Of a DNA stretch of 64,000 nt, positions 1 to 10,049 are shown one piece after another. The notes under the pieces were generated by a model. The model saw only the letters and a program-made list of their open reading frames with translations, did not search any database and was not told the DNA's origin. Position 1 is the first letter of the stretch; the number at the start of each line of letters is the position of its first letter. The DNA comes from an uncultured Thermoleophilia bacterium (GTDB taxonomy: Bacteria > Actinomycetota > Thermoleophilia > UBA2241): contig CAVPCT010000005.1 in NCBI GenBank assembly GCA_963702475.1, positions 64,001 to 128,000 of the forward strand. Reading direction: 5' to 3'. Both the position numbers and the translations under genes were made by a program.

Positions 1-58
1 CCACGGCCACGGCGCCCAGGGCGACGAGGACGTACTCCGCGAGGGTACGGGGCTTCAC
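1..58 (-). CDS. 5' end of a probable second signal peptidase I (runs off window)
   Basis: GTG at 58 opens MKPRTLAEYVLVALGAVAV, resembling the N-terminal TM of the adjacent LepB (LLDYGLVAVVAIALAL); only 19 codons visible. Confidence 0.5.
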   Translation of the reverse strand, partial: MKPRTLAEYVLVALGAVAV

Positions 59-71
59 CGCACGGCCGCCG

Positions 72-638
72 TCACAGGGACGACCAACGCCGTGGCGGCC
101 AGTACAACAGGAACCCCTCGCCGATGACCGCGCTGCGCGGCACCACGCCCCAGTCGCGACTGTCGTCGCTGTCGGTGCGGTTGTCGCCCATGACGAAGTA
201 GCTGTGGGGCGGCACGGTGTAGGGGGACGCGAGCGACCACGGCTTCGGCATGGTGGAGCCGTCCATGGGTCCCATGGCGAGCGTGGGGTCCAGCGAACCG
301 CCGGTGCGGTGCACGTACGGCTCGCTGGTGCGCCTGCCGTTGACGTACAGCCGGCCTTCCTTGACCTGCAGCACGTCGCCGGGCGCGCCGACGACGCGCT
401 TGATGAACACCACCGAGGGATCGCGGGGGAAGCGGAAGACCAGCACATCGCCGCGCTGCGGGTCGCGCAGGTGGTAGACCACGCGGTTCACGAGCACGCG
501 ATCGCCCGGACGCAGCGTGCTCGCCATGGAGGCCGAGGGGATGCGGTACGGCTTGACCGCGTAGGCCTGCACGGCGAGCGCCAGTGCGATGGCGACGACG
601 GCGACGAGGCCGTAGTCGAGGAGTCTGCCGCGTCTCAA
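72..638 (-). CDS. lepB: Signal peptidase I
   Basis: IPSASMASTL (catalytic Ser), FIKRVVG (catalytic Lys), GDNRTDSDDSR box; follows rplS. Confidence 0.95.
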   Translation of the reverse strand: MRRGRLLDYGLVAVVAIALALAVQAYAVKPYRIPSASMASTLRPGDRVLVNRVVYHLRDPQRGDVLVFRFPRDPSVVFIKRVVGAPGDVLQVKEGRLYVNGRRTSEPYVHRTGGSLDPTLAMGPMDGSTMPKPWSLASPYTVPPHSYFVMGDNRTDSDDSRDWGVVPRSAVIGEGFLLYWPPRRWSSL

Positions 639-669
639 GGCTCCGGAGCGGAGGTCCGGGCCGCGCGGC

Positions 670-1014
670 CTAGCGCTGCTTCTCGCGGACGCGGGCCTGC
701 TTGCCGACCTTCTGGCGCAGGTAGTACAGCTTGGCGCGGCGGACGTCGCCGATCTGCGTGACCTCGATCTTGTCGATCTTCGGTGAATGCAGCGGGAACG
801 TACGCTCGACCCCTACGCCGAAGGACTGCTTGCGGACGGTGAAGGTCTCACGCACACCCTGTCCCTGGCGCTTGATGACCGTGCCCTGGAAGACCTGGAT
901 GCGGTGGCGCGTGCCCTCGATGACCTTGAAGTGCACCTTCACGTTGTCGCCGGCCTTGAACTGCGGGATGTCATCGCGCAGCTGCTGGCGCTCGATGTTC
1001 TCAATGATGTTCAC
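670..1014 (-). CDS. rplS: 50S ribosomal protein L19
   Basis: [31 protein letters not shown]; GTG start at 1014. Confidence 0.97.
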   Translation of the reverse strand: MNIIENIERQQLRDDIPQFKAGDNVKVHFKVIEGTRHRIQVFQGTVIKRQGQGVRETFTVRKQSFGVGVERTFPLHSPKIDKIEVTQIGDVRRAKLYYLRQKVGKQARVREKQR

Positions 1015-1108
1015 GGATCCTCTTTCCCAGCCAAAACCGGCGGACACTATAGCAGGAGGGCCCAGACGACGCAAAACGCGCGGCGCCCGCGGGCCGTGAA
1101 GCGTTATC

Positions 1109-1768
1109 TTACCGTCTTTCGACCTGCTCTGCTCGCCAATGGGCTATGGCGCCGTGGTCGCCGCTGAGGAGGATCTCGGGCACGCTCCAGCCGCGGAACT
1201 CGGCCGGCCTCGTGTACTGCGGGTACTCGGCCCCGCCCTCGAGCTCGCCCGAGTGTGACTCGCTGACGACGCTCTCGGGGTTGCTGACGGCGCCGGGCAG
1301 CTTGCGCACCACGGCGTCGAGCACGGCCATGGCGGCGACCTCGCCGCCGGTGAGCACGTAGGGGCCGATGGAGACGCGGTCGCTCACCAGGTGCGCGACG
1401 CGCTCGTCGATGCCCTCGTAGCGACCGCAGAGAAGCACGAGGTCCTGCCCGGCCAGCTCGGCCGCCAGGGCGTCGTCGAGCTGCCGCCCCTTGGGCGTGA
1501 GCTCGACGACCCGGCGGCCCTCCTTGACGAGCTCGGCCGCGACGCCGAAGGCGGCCTCCACGGCGGCGCAGACGACGTCGATGCGCAACACCATCCCGGC
1601 GCCGCCGCCGTACGGCGTGTCGTCGACCTGCAAGTGCTTGAGCGGCGTGTGGTCACGGTAGTTGGTGAGCCTGAACGCGTGACCGAGCTCGACCGCGTTG
1701 CGGATGTGCACCTGCGAGAGATACCACTCGAAGGCCTGCGGGAAGAGCGTGAAGACGTCGAACCTCAC
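1109..1768 (-). CDS. trmD: tRNA (guanine37-N1)-methyltransferase
   Basis: [44 protein letters not shown]. Confidence 0.97.
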   Translation of the reverse strand: MRFDVFTLFPQAFEWYLSQVHIRNAVELGHAFRLTNYRDHTPLKHLQVDDTPYGGGAGMVLRIDVVCAAVEAAFGVAAELVKEGRRVVELTPKGRQLDDALAAELAGQDLVLLCGRYEGIDERVAHLVSDRVSIGPYVLTGGEVAAMAVLDAVVRKLPGAVSNPESVVSESHSGELEGGAEYPQYTRPAEFRGWSVPEILLSGDHGAIAHWRAEQVERR

Positions 1769-2328
1769 GCCGGGGCCTCCTGCGCAGCCCCGGCGTCACC
1801 GGGCTCGTCGAGGAGGCCGTCCACGACGCGAAGCACCGGCTCATCCCCCCCGTCGTCGAGCGACACGAGCTCGTCCACGAGCGGCACAAGCACTCCGGCG
1901 CCGTCGGGCGCCCGCACCTGCAGCACCTCGTGGACGGGCGTCTCCAGCACGTCGTCGACGACGCCCAGTGGCCGCCCCGACGCGGTCTCGACGCGCAACC
2001 CCAGCAGATCGCCGACCACGTAGTGCGGCTCGGCGTCGAGCGCGCCCCCCGCCGCAAGCAGCTCACATCCCTGGAGCCCGCACGCGGCCTCTCGCGTGCG
2101 GGCGATGTCCAGGCGCACGAGCGGGCGCGCGTCGGTGCCCCCGGCGCGCCGCACCCTGCAAGGCACGAGAGTCTCGGCGACGCCGGGTGCGGCGGGGCGC
2201 GCCACGAAGAACTCCGCGCCCCGATCCAGGCGGCCGAGGCCGTCCACGGCGAGGTTGAGGTACAGCTCACCGTGGAGGCCGTGCACCTTGCCCAGGGTGC
2301 CGCAGGCCCAGAGGCCGCGGCGGCTCAC
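1765..2328 (-). CDS. rimM: Ribosome maturation factor RimM
   Basis: GKVHGLHGE N-terminus, PRC-barrel DLLGLRV...LGVVDDVLETPVHEVL; rpsP-khpA-rimM-trmD order. Confidence 0.9.
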   Translation of the reverse strand: MSRRGLWACGTLGKVHGLHGELYLNLAVDGLGRLDRGAEFFVARPAAPGVAETLVPCRVRRAGGTDARPLVRLDIARTREAACGLQGCELLAAGGALDAEPHYVVGDLLGLRVETASGRPLGVVDDVLETPVHEVLQVRAPDGAGVLVPLVDELVSLDDGGDEPVLRVVDGLLDEPGDAGAAQEAPA

Positions 2329-2350
2329 GGCGCGGCCCCCCGCACGCGGC

Positions 2351-2380
2351 TGCGGGGCGGCGTGGTCACGCCGCCCCGCA
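2351..2380. repeat. Perfect 14-bp inverted repeat between khpA and rimM (hairpin; terminator or processing signal)
   Basis: TGCGGGGCGGCGTG-GT-CACGCCGCCCCGCA; no clear U tract. Confidence 0.6.
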
Positions 2381-2388
2381 CATCAAGC

Positions 2389-2622
2389 CTAATCCACAAT
2401 TTCCACGATGGCACGCTTGCCGTCGCGGACCGCCGAGGCTTTGACGATGGTCCGGACAGCACGAGCGATGCGCCCCTGCTTCCCGATGACCTTGCCTACG
2501 TCGTCCTTGGCCACCGACAGCTCCAACACCACTGTCGTATCGGTCTCGGTGACCTCGACCCGGACCTCGTCCGGGTGATCCACCAACGACCTGGCCAGGT
2601 GTTCCAGCAAGTCCTTCAACAT
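2389..2622 (-). CDS. khpA: KH-domain RNA-binding protein KhpA
   Basis: DDVGKVIGKQGRIARAVRT KH motif; between rpsP and rimM. Confidence 0.93.
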   Translation of the reverse strand: MLKDLLEHLARSLVDHPDEVRVEVTETDTTVVLELSVAKDDVGKVIGKQGRIARAVRTIVKASAVRDGKRAIVEIVD

Positions 2623-2671
2623 CCCACCTCACCCCTCTGCTGCCTTCGGGAAGGACGTTTCGCTGTACCTC

Positions 2672-2914
2672 CTACGCGATGCCCCTGATCTTCAAGAGTT
2701 TCTGCACCGTGCGCGAGGGCTGGACTCCCTTGGCGAGCCACTCCTTGGCCTTGTCGGCGTCGATCTCGATGAGCGACGGCTCGGTGCGCGGGTTGTACTG
2801 GCCGATGGTCTCGATGGCGCGGCCGTCGCGACGGGCGCGGGAATCGACGACGACGATGCGGTAGATGGGGTTCTTGGTGCTCCCCACCCGCGTCAGTCTC
2901 ATGCGTACTGCCAC
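2672..2914 (-). CDS. rpsP: 30S ribosomal protein S16
   Basis: MAVRMRLTRVG...YRIVVVDSRARRDGRAIE.IG.YNP. Confidence 0.97.
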   Translation of the reverse strand: MAVRMRLTRVGSTKNPIYRIVVVDSRARRDGRAIETIGQYNPRTEPSLIEIDADKAKEWLAKGVQPSRTVQKLLKIRGIA

Positions 2915-3024
2915 CTGTTGTTCACCCCCTCAGGGTCGGTCGAACGGCGCGCTGCGCCGCAACGGGGCGACAGCGGTGACGAAGTCCGCGCGACCGCGTG
3001 GCCGGGTCGCGAGGACAGCCTAGT

Positions 3025-4356
3025 CTACCCGCTCATGCCGGGCAGGCGAAACCCGCGCGGCATCTTGCCGCCCGAGAACATCTTGAGCATCTTCTGCATC
3101 TCACGGTATTGCTTGAGCAGCAGGTTGACGTCCTGGATGCTGGTGCCGCTGCCCGCCGCTATGCGGCGGCGCCGGCTGCCGTCGATGACGTCGGGGTGCC
3201 TGCGCTCCTGCGGGGTCATGGAGAAGATCATGGCCTCGATGCGGTCGAGCTGCCTGTCGTCCACCTGGACGTTCTTGAGATCCTTCATGCCGGGCACGCC
3301 GGGCAACATGCCGAGAATGCTGGAGAGCGACCCCATCTTGCGCACCTGTTTGAGCTGGTCGAGGAAGTCCTCGAACGTGAACTCCGCGCGGCGGAGCTTG
3401 GCCTCGATCTCCGCGGCCTCTTTGGCGTCGAGGCTGGCCTCGGCCTTCTCGATGAGGCTGAGCACGTCGCCCATGCCCAGGATACGGCTGGCCATGCGGT
3501 CGGGGTGGAACACGTCGAAGTCGTCGAGCTTCTCCCCGGTGCTGGCGAACTTGATGGGCTTACCGGTGACGGCACGCACGCTGAGGGCGGCGCCGCCGCG
3601 GGCGTCGCCGTCGAGCTTGGTAAGCACCACGCCGTCCAGGTCGACGTGGCCGCGGAAGGCGTCGGCGGCGTTGACGGCGTCCTGGCCGGTCATGGCGTCG
3701 ACGACGAGAAGGACGTTGTGCGGCTTCACCGCGTCGCGGATGTTGACGAGCTCGGCCATGAGCTCCTCGTCCACGTGCAGGCGGCCGGCCGTGTCGATGA
3801 TGGCGACGTCGCCGTGGGCGCGCGCGTAGGCGACGCCGTCGCGCGCGATATCGACCGGATCCACGTGGGCTCCGGGCGCGTAGCAGGGCACGCCCACGCG
3901 CCCGGCCAGCGTCTGCAGCTGGTCGATGGCCGCCGGCCGGTACACGTCGGCGGCGATGAGCACCGGCTGCTTGCCGTCCTTCTTCAGGAGCTTGGCGAGC
4001 TTGGCGCAGGTGGTGGTCTTGCCGGAGCCCTGCAGGCCGGCCATCAGGACGACGGTGGGCGGATGGCCGCTGAACGCCAGCTTGGAGTCGCCACTACCCA
4101 TGAGCGCGACGAGCTCCTCGTTGACGATCTTCACGACCTGCTGCGCCGGCGTGAGGCTCTCCATGACCTCGGCGCCCAGAGCGCGCTCCTTGACGTGCGC
4201 CACGAACTCGCGCACCACCTTGAAATTGACGTCCGCCTCCAGCAGGGCGAGACGGATCTCGCGCATGGCGGCGTCGATGTCCTCGGCGGTGAGCTTGCCG
4301 TGGCCCCGGAGACCCTGCATCACGCCTTGGAGGCGATCGGTGAGCGACTCGAACAT
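3025..4356 (-). CDS. ffh: Signal recognition particle protein Ffh
   Basis: GLQGSGKTT, DTAGR, TKLDGDARGG, M-domain SRRRRIAAGSG. Confidence 0.98.
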   Translation of the reverse strand: MFESLTDRLQGVMQGLRGHGKLTAEDIDAAMREIRLALLEADVNFKVVREFVAHVKERALGAEVMESLTPAQQVVKIVNEELVALMGSGDSKLAFSGHPPTVVLMAGLQGSGKTTTCAKLAKLLKKDGKQPVLIAADVYRPAAIDQLQTLAGRVGVPCYAPGAHVDPVDIARDGVAYARAHGDVAIIDTAGRLHVDEELMAELVNIRDAVKPHNVLLVVDAMTGQDAVNAADAFRGHVDLDGVVLTKLDGDARGGAALSVRAVTGKPIKFASTGEKLDDFDVFHPDRMASRILGMGDVLSLIEKAEASLDAKEAAEIEAKLRRAEFTFEDFLDQLKQVRKMGSLSSILGMLPGVPGMKDLKNVQVDDRQLDRIEAMIFSMTPQERRHPDVIDGSRRRRIAAGSGTSIQDVNLLLKQYREMQKMLKMFSGGKMPRGFRLPGMSG

Positions 4357-4467
4357 GCGTGCCTTTCACTCTCGTTCGGGAGGCACCATCGTAGCACGGG
4401 GGCCTCAGGAACCGCGGTCACCCGGCTGGGCACGGGGGAGGACACAACACCAGGACCCGCCACAGCC

Positions 4468-4716
4468 ATCGAGACGCTCGACAAGAAGCTGCCACGCAAC
4501 CTCTGCGAGCGCGCACCGCTGCCGTGGGAGGCCGCGTTCCTCGCGGGCAAGGCCTTCACGGAGTACCGGCGCGCGGGCGGCGCGCGGTGCTCACCACTCC
4601 CCGACTTCTCTATCGCCATCCACGCGGCGGTGGCGGGCATGAGGCTGCTCACACGCGACGCTACCCGCTACCGCACCTGCTTCCCCACCGTGGAGCTCAT
4701 CGCGCCGGACACCTGA
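4468..4716 (+). pseudogene. C-terminal remnant of a PIN-domain (VapC-like) toxin
   Basis: PWEAAFLAGKAFTEYRRAGG..SPLPDFSIAIHAAVAGMRLLTRD..RYRTCFP matches the C-terminal half of a VapC subfamily; no start codon, N-terminal half or antitoxin seen. Confidence 0.75.
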
Positions 4717-4752
4717 CGGTCGAGAGTCCGGCGCCGGTCTCACACGGGAGCG

Positions 4753-5385
4753 TCACGAGCCTCCAGACGCCGACGGACCCGCGTCCAGGCCGGCCCGGAC
4801 CAGGAGCGTCATGGCCACCAGTCGGTCGACGACGCGACGGACCGCTGTGAGGCCGACCTCGTCTGCAGCCACACCGGCGGCGCCCTGGTCCCTCGACCAG
4901 AGCGCCGCTCCCAGATTCGCCCCGTAGGCGCCGCCACCGACGGCGACCATCTGGTTGATCAGGAAGAAGTCGTGCATCTGCCGGAGGGCGGACTCCTGTC
5001 CGCCGTTCCGGTCGCCGCCCACCGCTAGGCCGGCGCCGGTCTTGAAGCGCAGAGCAGCGGGGTCGGCCGCGACGACGGCGCGGCAGCGGTCCAGAACGGC
5101 CTTGAGTTGGGCACTCACTCCGCCCTGATAGACCGGCGTCCCGAGGATCACCGCGTCGGCCTCCGCCAAGAGCCCGTACAGCTCCTGCATGTCGTCGCGG
5201 AAGGCGCAGCCCTGCCGCTTGCGCACGCACGCGTCGCAGTGCACGCAGAAGCCGAGGTCCTTGCCGCTGACGGTGAAGTACTCCGTCTCGGCCCCGTGGC
5301 GCTCCCGCGCGTAGTCGAGAGCCTCGTTCACGGCCCGGTGGGTGGCCTTGCGCCGGGGGCTCCCGGAAACCCCGAGGATCCTCAC
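4753..5385 (-). CDS. Iron-sulfur flavoprotein / NADPH-dependent FMN reductase (flavodoxin family)
   Basis: ILGVSGSPR, CVHCDACVRKRQGC 4-Cys motif, GTPVY, GGDRNGGQE. Confidence 0.88.
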   Translation of the reverse strand: MRILGVSGSPRRKATHRAVNEALDYARERHGAETEYFTVSGKDLGFCVHCDACVRKRQGCAFRDDMQELYGLLAEADAVILGTPVYQGGVSAQLKAVLDRCRAVVAADPAALRFKTGAGLAVGGDRNGGQESALRQMHDFFLINQMVAVGGGAYGANLGAALWSRDQGAAGVAADEVGLTAVRRVVDRLVAMTLLVRAGLDAGPSASGGS

Positions 5386-5421
5386 CGCGGTCGCTCCTCT
5401 TCCCCCTGCTCCGCACGCAGG

Positions 5422-6447
5422 TCACGCACCGCCGGACGCGGCTTCGTCGCCGTCGCTGCCGAAGATCGCCCGGGCGAACACGTCGGCCTCGAACGGCCGC
5501 AGATCCTCCAGCCTCTCCCCCACGCCGATGAGCTTGATGGGGATGCCGAGGGTCTCGTGGATGGCCACGACGATGCCCCCCTTGGCGGTGCCGTCGAGCT
5601 TGGTGAGCACCACACCGCTCACGTCCACGGCCTGCTGGAACTCCTGCGCCTGGCGCAGGCCGTTCTGGCCGGTCGTCGCGTCGAGTACCAGGAGCGTCTC
5701 GTGCGGGGCGCCGGGCAGCTGCTTCTCGATGACCCGGCGCACCTTCTCCAGCTCGCGCATGAGGTTCACCTGCGTGTGCAGGCGGCCGGCAGTGTCGATG
5801 AGGACCACGTCGGCGCCGCGCGAGCGCGCCGCCGCGACGCCGTCGAACACCACTGCCGCCGGGTCGCTGCCTTCGTCCTGCTTGACGATCTCACAGCCCA
5901 CGCGCCGGGACCACACGGTGAGCTGCTCGACCGCTGCGGCGCGGAACGTGTCGCCGGCCACCATGACGGGAGTCTTGCCGAGCTCCTTGAGACGCCACGC
6001 GATCTTGCCGATGGTCGTCGTCTTGCCCGTGCCGTTCACCCCGACCACGAGGATCACGGTCGGCTGGTGCGAGACGTCGATGCGCTGCTTCTCGGGGTCG
6101 TCGGGGCGCAGCAGCTCGGCGACCACCTCGGCGAGCTCGTTCTGGAACGGCTCCTTCGTCTCGATCTTCTTGGCCGTGCAGCGCTGCTCGAGCTCATCGA
6201 TGATCTTGACGGTGCCGTCCACGCCCACGTCGGCGGCGATCAGCATCTCCTCCGTCTGCTCGTACAGGCGGCGGTCGACGCCGACGTACACCGCCGCCTT
6301 GAGCCCTTCGGCCACCGCCGCTCGGGCCTTGCCGAGGTTGCGGCGCAGGCGCCCGAAGAGGCCCCTGCGCTCCTTCGCCTCTTCCTCCAGCACCGCGTCG
6401 GGGACCTGGTCCTCGGCGACGCCCTTGAACACCTCATGCCATTCCAC
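5422..6447 (-). CDS. ftsY: SRP receptor FtsY
   Basis: GVNGTGKTTT, DTFRAAA, DTAGR, TKLDGTAKGG; GTG start at 6447 inferred. Confidence 0.96.
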   Translation of the reverse strand: MEWHEVFKGVAEDQVPDAVLEEEAKERRGLFGRLRRNLGKARAAVAEGLKAAVYVGVDRRLYEQTEEMLIAADVGVDGTVKIIDELEQRCTAKKIETKEPFQNELAEVVAELLRPDDPEKQRIDVSHQPTVILVVGVNGTGKTTTIGKIAWRLKELGKTPVMVAGDTFRAAAVEQLTVWSRRVGCEIVKQDEGSDPAAVVFDGVAAARSRGADVVLIDTAGRLHTQVNLMRELEKVRRVIEKQLPGAPHETLLVLDATTGQNGLRQAQEFQQAVDVSGVVLTKLDGTAKGGIVVAIHETLGIPIKLIGVGERLEDLRPFEADVFARAIFGSDGDEAASGGA

Positions 6448-6526
6448 GCTTCTGCTCTCCTCGCATGCGGCCTGCGCCGCCGTGTCGTGTCGCGCTCCCG
6501 GCCCGCCGCTCCGCCTGGCCTGCGCG

Positions 6527-9500
6527 TCACTCGTGCGTCTGCGCCCCGGTCCTTCCCCTGGCTGCCTGCTCGCGGTCGATCTCCTCCTCGGCCATACGGG
6601 CGCTGACCACCTGGGACGCACCGTCCGGTCCCATCGTGACCCCGTACAGCACGTCGGCCGCCTCCATCGTCCTCTTCTGATGGGTGATGATGAGGAACTG
6701 CGTGCGCTCGCGGTAGTCGCGGAGAAGCTGGACCAGACGGCCGATGTTGACGTCGTCCAGGGCCGCCTCGATCTCGTCGAGGATGTAGAAGGGACACGGC
6801 CGCGCCAGCACCAGCGCCATGAGGAAGGCGATCGCCACGAGGGCGCGCTCACCACCGGAGAGCAGCTGGAGCTTCTTGCCCAGCTTCTTGGCCGGCTTCA
6901 CCTCCACAGTCACGCCCCCGGTGTCGTCGCCGCCCGGCTCGATGAGCTTGAGCGTACCGCGGCCGCCGGGGAACAGCACCGCCACCATGTGCTCGAACTG
7001 CTCCTGCACGGCCGCGAACGTGTCGGCGAACTCGGCGTCGATCTGCGCCGTGAGCTCCTTGATGAGGGACTCCAGCTCGTCCACGGACTTCTCGAGGTCG
7101 CGGCGCTGCTCGCGCATGAACGCCGCACGCTCGCCGAGCTCGGCGCACTCGGCCTCGGCGAGCGGGTTCACCGGGCCGATGCGTTCGCGCCGCCGCACGA
7201 GGCGCTCGGCGCGCTCGCGCAGCTCCCGCGCCTCGTTCTCGCCGGCCGGCGGCGGAAAGGCGGCGCGTTCGTAGCGCTCGCTGATCTCGTCGAGAGCGCC
7301 GGCCAGCTCGCCGCGCCGGTCGTCGAGGCGCGCCAACGCCACGCGTACCGCGGTACGGCGCTCTCCAAGCTCGGCGAGCCGGTGCCGCAGACCCGCCTCG
7401 TCGTCGGCCAGCGTGCGCAGACGGCCGCGGTCGAGCGAAGCTTCGGACTCCCCGCGGCCCTCGAGGTGCGCGACGACCGTGCGCGCCCGTGCGGCGAGCC
7501 GCGTCGCGCTGGCGGCGAGCTCGCGGCAGACATCGCTCACCTCCGGCAGGCTCGCGAGGCGGCGGTCCAGCACCTCGAGGCGCGCCCTGCCTTCGGCGGC
7601 GCGCGCCCGTGCGGCCTCGCGCTGCGCGGCGGCGCGGCGGGCGGTGGCGCGACGCTCGTCGAGCTCGACGCGGCGACGGGTGACCTCCGACAGCGCCGCC
7701 GCATGCTCGGTCTCGAGGGCCGCGAGCGCGGCCTCGCCGGACTCGATATCGGGCTTCAGCCGCTCGGCCTGCAGGAGCGCGCTCGCCGCCCTCCGCCCCG
7801 CCTCCTCGGCCTCTGCTTGCGCCTCGGCGCGCTCGGCGGCGATGCCTTCGAGCGCGCGGCGGTCGCGGTCCCTCACATCCTCCAGGTCACGAAGGCGTCC
7901 GCGGACGCTCTTGAGCTCGCGCTCCGCCGTCTCGGCGGCGATGCGCGCCTCGCGCTCCTCGGCGACGCGCGCCTCGGCGGCCTCGCGAGAGGCCGCCGCA
8001 TCCCTGGCGGCCACGGCGGCGGCGGCCTCTTCGCGCATCTCGCGCGCCCGCACGGCGTCCAGGCGGTCGCCCAGGCGTCCCATGGCGGCGCGCCGCTCCA
8101 GCAGCAGCGCAGCCGGCACGCCGCTGGCGAGGCCGATCTGCCCCGAGCCCGGCCGGTAGTACTCGCCGTCGCGGGTGACCGCGAGGCCCGGGAACTCAGC
8201 GGGAACGGCGCGCAGGTCGTCGACGATGACCACGTCGGCCAGGACGGCGGCCAGCTCACCGTGATCGCCGAGGCTCACCTTGTCCATGAGGGGCGCGGCG
8301 CCCGGAAACGCCACCGGCGGGCGCGGCCGCGGCGGCTGCACAACGAGGCGCACCAGGCCGATGCCGGCGCTCTTGAGCGCGCCCAGCAACGACCAGTGAT
8401 CCACGCCGCGCGGCACCGCGAGAGCCCCGGAGACCTGGGCGAGCGCAGCCGCAAGGGCGCGCTCGTAGCCGGCCTCACACGAGACGGCCGCGGCCAAAGA
8501 CTCCGTGCCGGGATAGGCACCGGCCACCTCGAGCACGTCGCCGCCGACGTCCTGCAGATCGCGCAGGGCGGCCTCCAGGTGGTCGATCTCGGCCTCCAGA
8601 GCGCGGCGCTCGACCGCGAGGGCACGATGCCGCTCCTCGGCGTCCAGGCGGCCCTTCTCGGCTTCCTGCGCGGCCGCCGACGCCGAAGCGGCGGTCGCTG
8701 CAGCCGCGGCGAGCGTCGTCCGCGCCGTCACCTCCGCCTGCGTGGCGGTCCGTTCGGCCGCGTCCTTCTCGGCGGCCTCCTCCGACAGCGCCGCGAGCTG
8801 CGCCGTGAGGCGATGTTCCTCGCCGGACAGCGCCTCCTGGCGGCGCTCCAGACGAGCCGCCACGGTGAGCGCGTTCTCGCGCTCCAGGGTGTGGCGGCTG
8901 AGGGCCGCGCGCCGCGCGCCGAGCCCTTCCCGGGCCGCCGTGAGCCTTCCGCTGACCTCGGCGTGCAGGCCCTCCGCCGCGGAGACAGTCGCGCTCAAGC
9001 GTCGCTCTTCGGAGGGCCAGTCGTCCCCGCCATCCTCCTCGGGGCCGCCGGCGAGCTCGCTCATCAGGCGCGCGCGCTCCTGCGCGGAGGCCCGGCCGAC
9101 CTCCTCGAGGAGTCGCAGCCGCTGCTCGGTGAGACGGCGCGCGCTCTCGAGGCGACCGTCGAGCACCCGTGCGCGCAGCAAGCGCTTCGCCAGCCGCTCG
9201 CGTTCGGCCAGACGCCGCGCGAACGCCTCCTCCTCCTCGGCGCGCTCACGCGCCACACCCTCGAGGCCCTCGTCGCAGCGCGCCCGCTCGTCCTCGACGA
9301 GGCGCGCCTCCTCGCGCTGCGACGCCAGCTCCCCGTCGACGGCGGCGATGTCGCCGCTCAGCAGGCGCCCGCGGGCCTCGTCCAGCTCGGCCTCGACGGC
9401 GCGCAGCTGCTCGGCCGCAGTGGCCTGGCGGCGCAGCGGCGTGAGCTGCGCGTTGACCTCGCGCTCCAGCAGATCGGCGCGCTCGAGGTTGCGCCGTACC

Positions 9501-10048
9501 TCGCGGAGCTTGAGCTCCGCGCGCTCGCGGCGCCGCTTGAAGGTCCCCAGGCCCGCCGCCTCCTCGATCTGGCTGCGGCGGTCCTCGGGCTTGCCCGCGA
9601 GGAACGACTCGACCTTGCCCTGCCCGATGATCGAGTGCAGCTCGCGCCCGAGGCCTACCTGCGCCATGAGCTCCACCACATCGGTGAGCCTGCAGGTGGA
9701 CTGGTTGATGGCGTACTGGGAGCTGCCGTCGCGCGTCACCCGCCGGCGCACGCTGACCTCGTCCACCGGGACCTGCAGGGCCCGGTCGCTGTTGTCGAAG
9801 GTCAGCTCCACCTCGGCCGCGCCCGCGGCGCGACGCCCGTCGCTGCCGGCGAAGATGACGTCCTGCATGGAGGAGCCACGCACGGTGGTCGGACTCTGCT
9901 CGCCCAGGGCCCACACCACGGCATCGGCGATGTTGCTCTTGCCGCTCCCGTTGGGCCCGATGATGACGCTGACGCCGGGTTCGAAGACGAGCTCGGTCTG
10001 CAGGGGGAACGACTTGAACCCCTTGACGCGGAGCGCCTTCAGGAACAC
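6527..10048 (-). CDS. smc: Chromosome segregation protein SMC
   Basis: GPNGSGKSN Walker A, long coiled coils, LSGGE signature, ILDEIEAALD; rnc-smc-ftsY order. Confidence 0.97.
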   Translation of the reverse strand: MFLKALRVKGFKSFPLQTELVFEPGVSVIIGPNGSGKSNIADAVVWALGEQSPTTVRGSSMQDVIFAGSDGRRAAGAAEVELTFDNSDRALQVPVDEVSVRRRVTRDGSSQYAINQSTCRLTDVVELMAQVGLGRELHSIIGQGKVESFLAGKPEDRRSQIEEAAGLGTFKRRRERAELKLREVRRNLERADLLEREVNAQLTPLRRQATAAEQLRAVEAELDEARGRLLSGDIAAVDGELASQREEARLVEDERARCDEGLEGVARERAEEEEAFARRLAERERLAKRLLRARVLDGRLESARRLTEQRLRLLEEVGRASAQERARLMSELAGGPEEDGGDDWPSEERRLSATVSAAEGLHAEVSGRLTAAREGLGARRAALSRHTLERENALTVAARLERRQEALSGEEHRLTAQLAALSEEAAEKDAAERTATQAEVTARTTLAAAAATAASASAAAQEAEKGRLDAEERHRALAVERRALEAEIDHLEAALRDLQDVGGDVLEVAGAYPGTESLAAAVSCEAGYERALAAALAQVSGALAVPRGVDHWSLLGALKSAGIGLVRLVVQPPRPRPPVAFPGAAPLMDKVSLGDHGELAAVLADVVIVDDLRAVPAEFPGLAVTRDGEYYRPGSGQIGLASGVPAALLLERRAAMGRLGDRLDAVRAREMREEAAAAVAARDAAASREAAEARVAEEREARIAAETAERELKSVRGRLRDLEDVRDRDRRALEGIAAERAEAQAEAEEAGRRAASALLQAERLKPDIESGEAALAALETEHAAALSEVTRRRVELDERRATARRAAAQREAARARAAEGRARLEVLDRRLASLPEVSDVCRELAASATRLAARARTVVAHLEGRGESEASLDRGRLRTLADDEAGLRHRLAELGERRTAVRVALARLDDRRGELAGALDEISERYERAAFPPPAGENEARELRERAERLVRRRERIGPVNPLAEAECAELGERAAFMREQRRDLEKSVDELESLIKELTAQIDAEFADTFAAVQEQFEHMVAVLFPGGRGTLKLIEPGGDDTGGVTVEVKPAKKLGKKLQLLSGGERALVAIAFLMALVLARPCPFYILDEIEAALDDVNIGRLVQLLRDYRERTQFLIITHQKRTMEAADVLYGVTMGPDGASQVVSARMAEEEIDREQAARGRTGAQTHE

Positions 10049-10049
10049 G

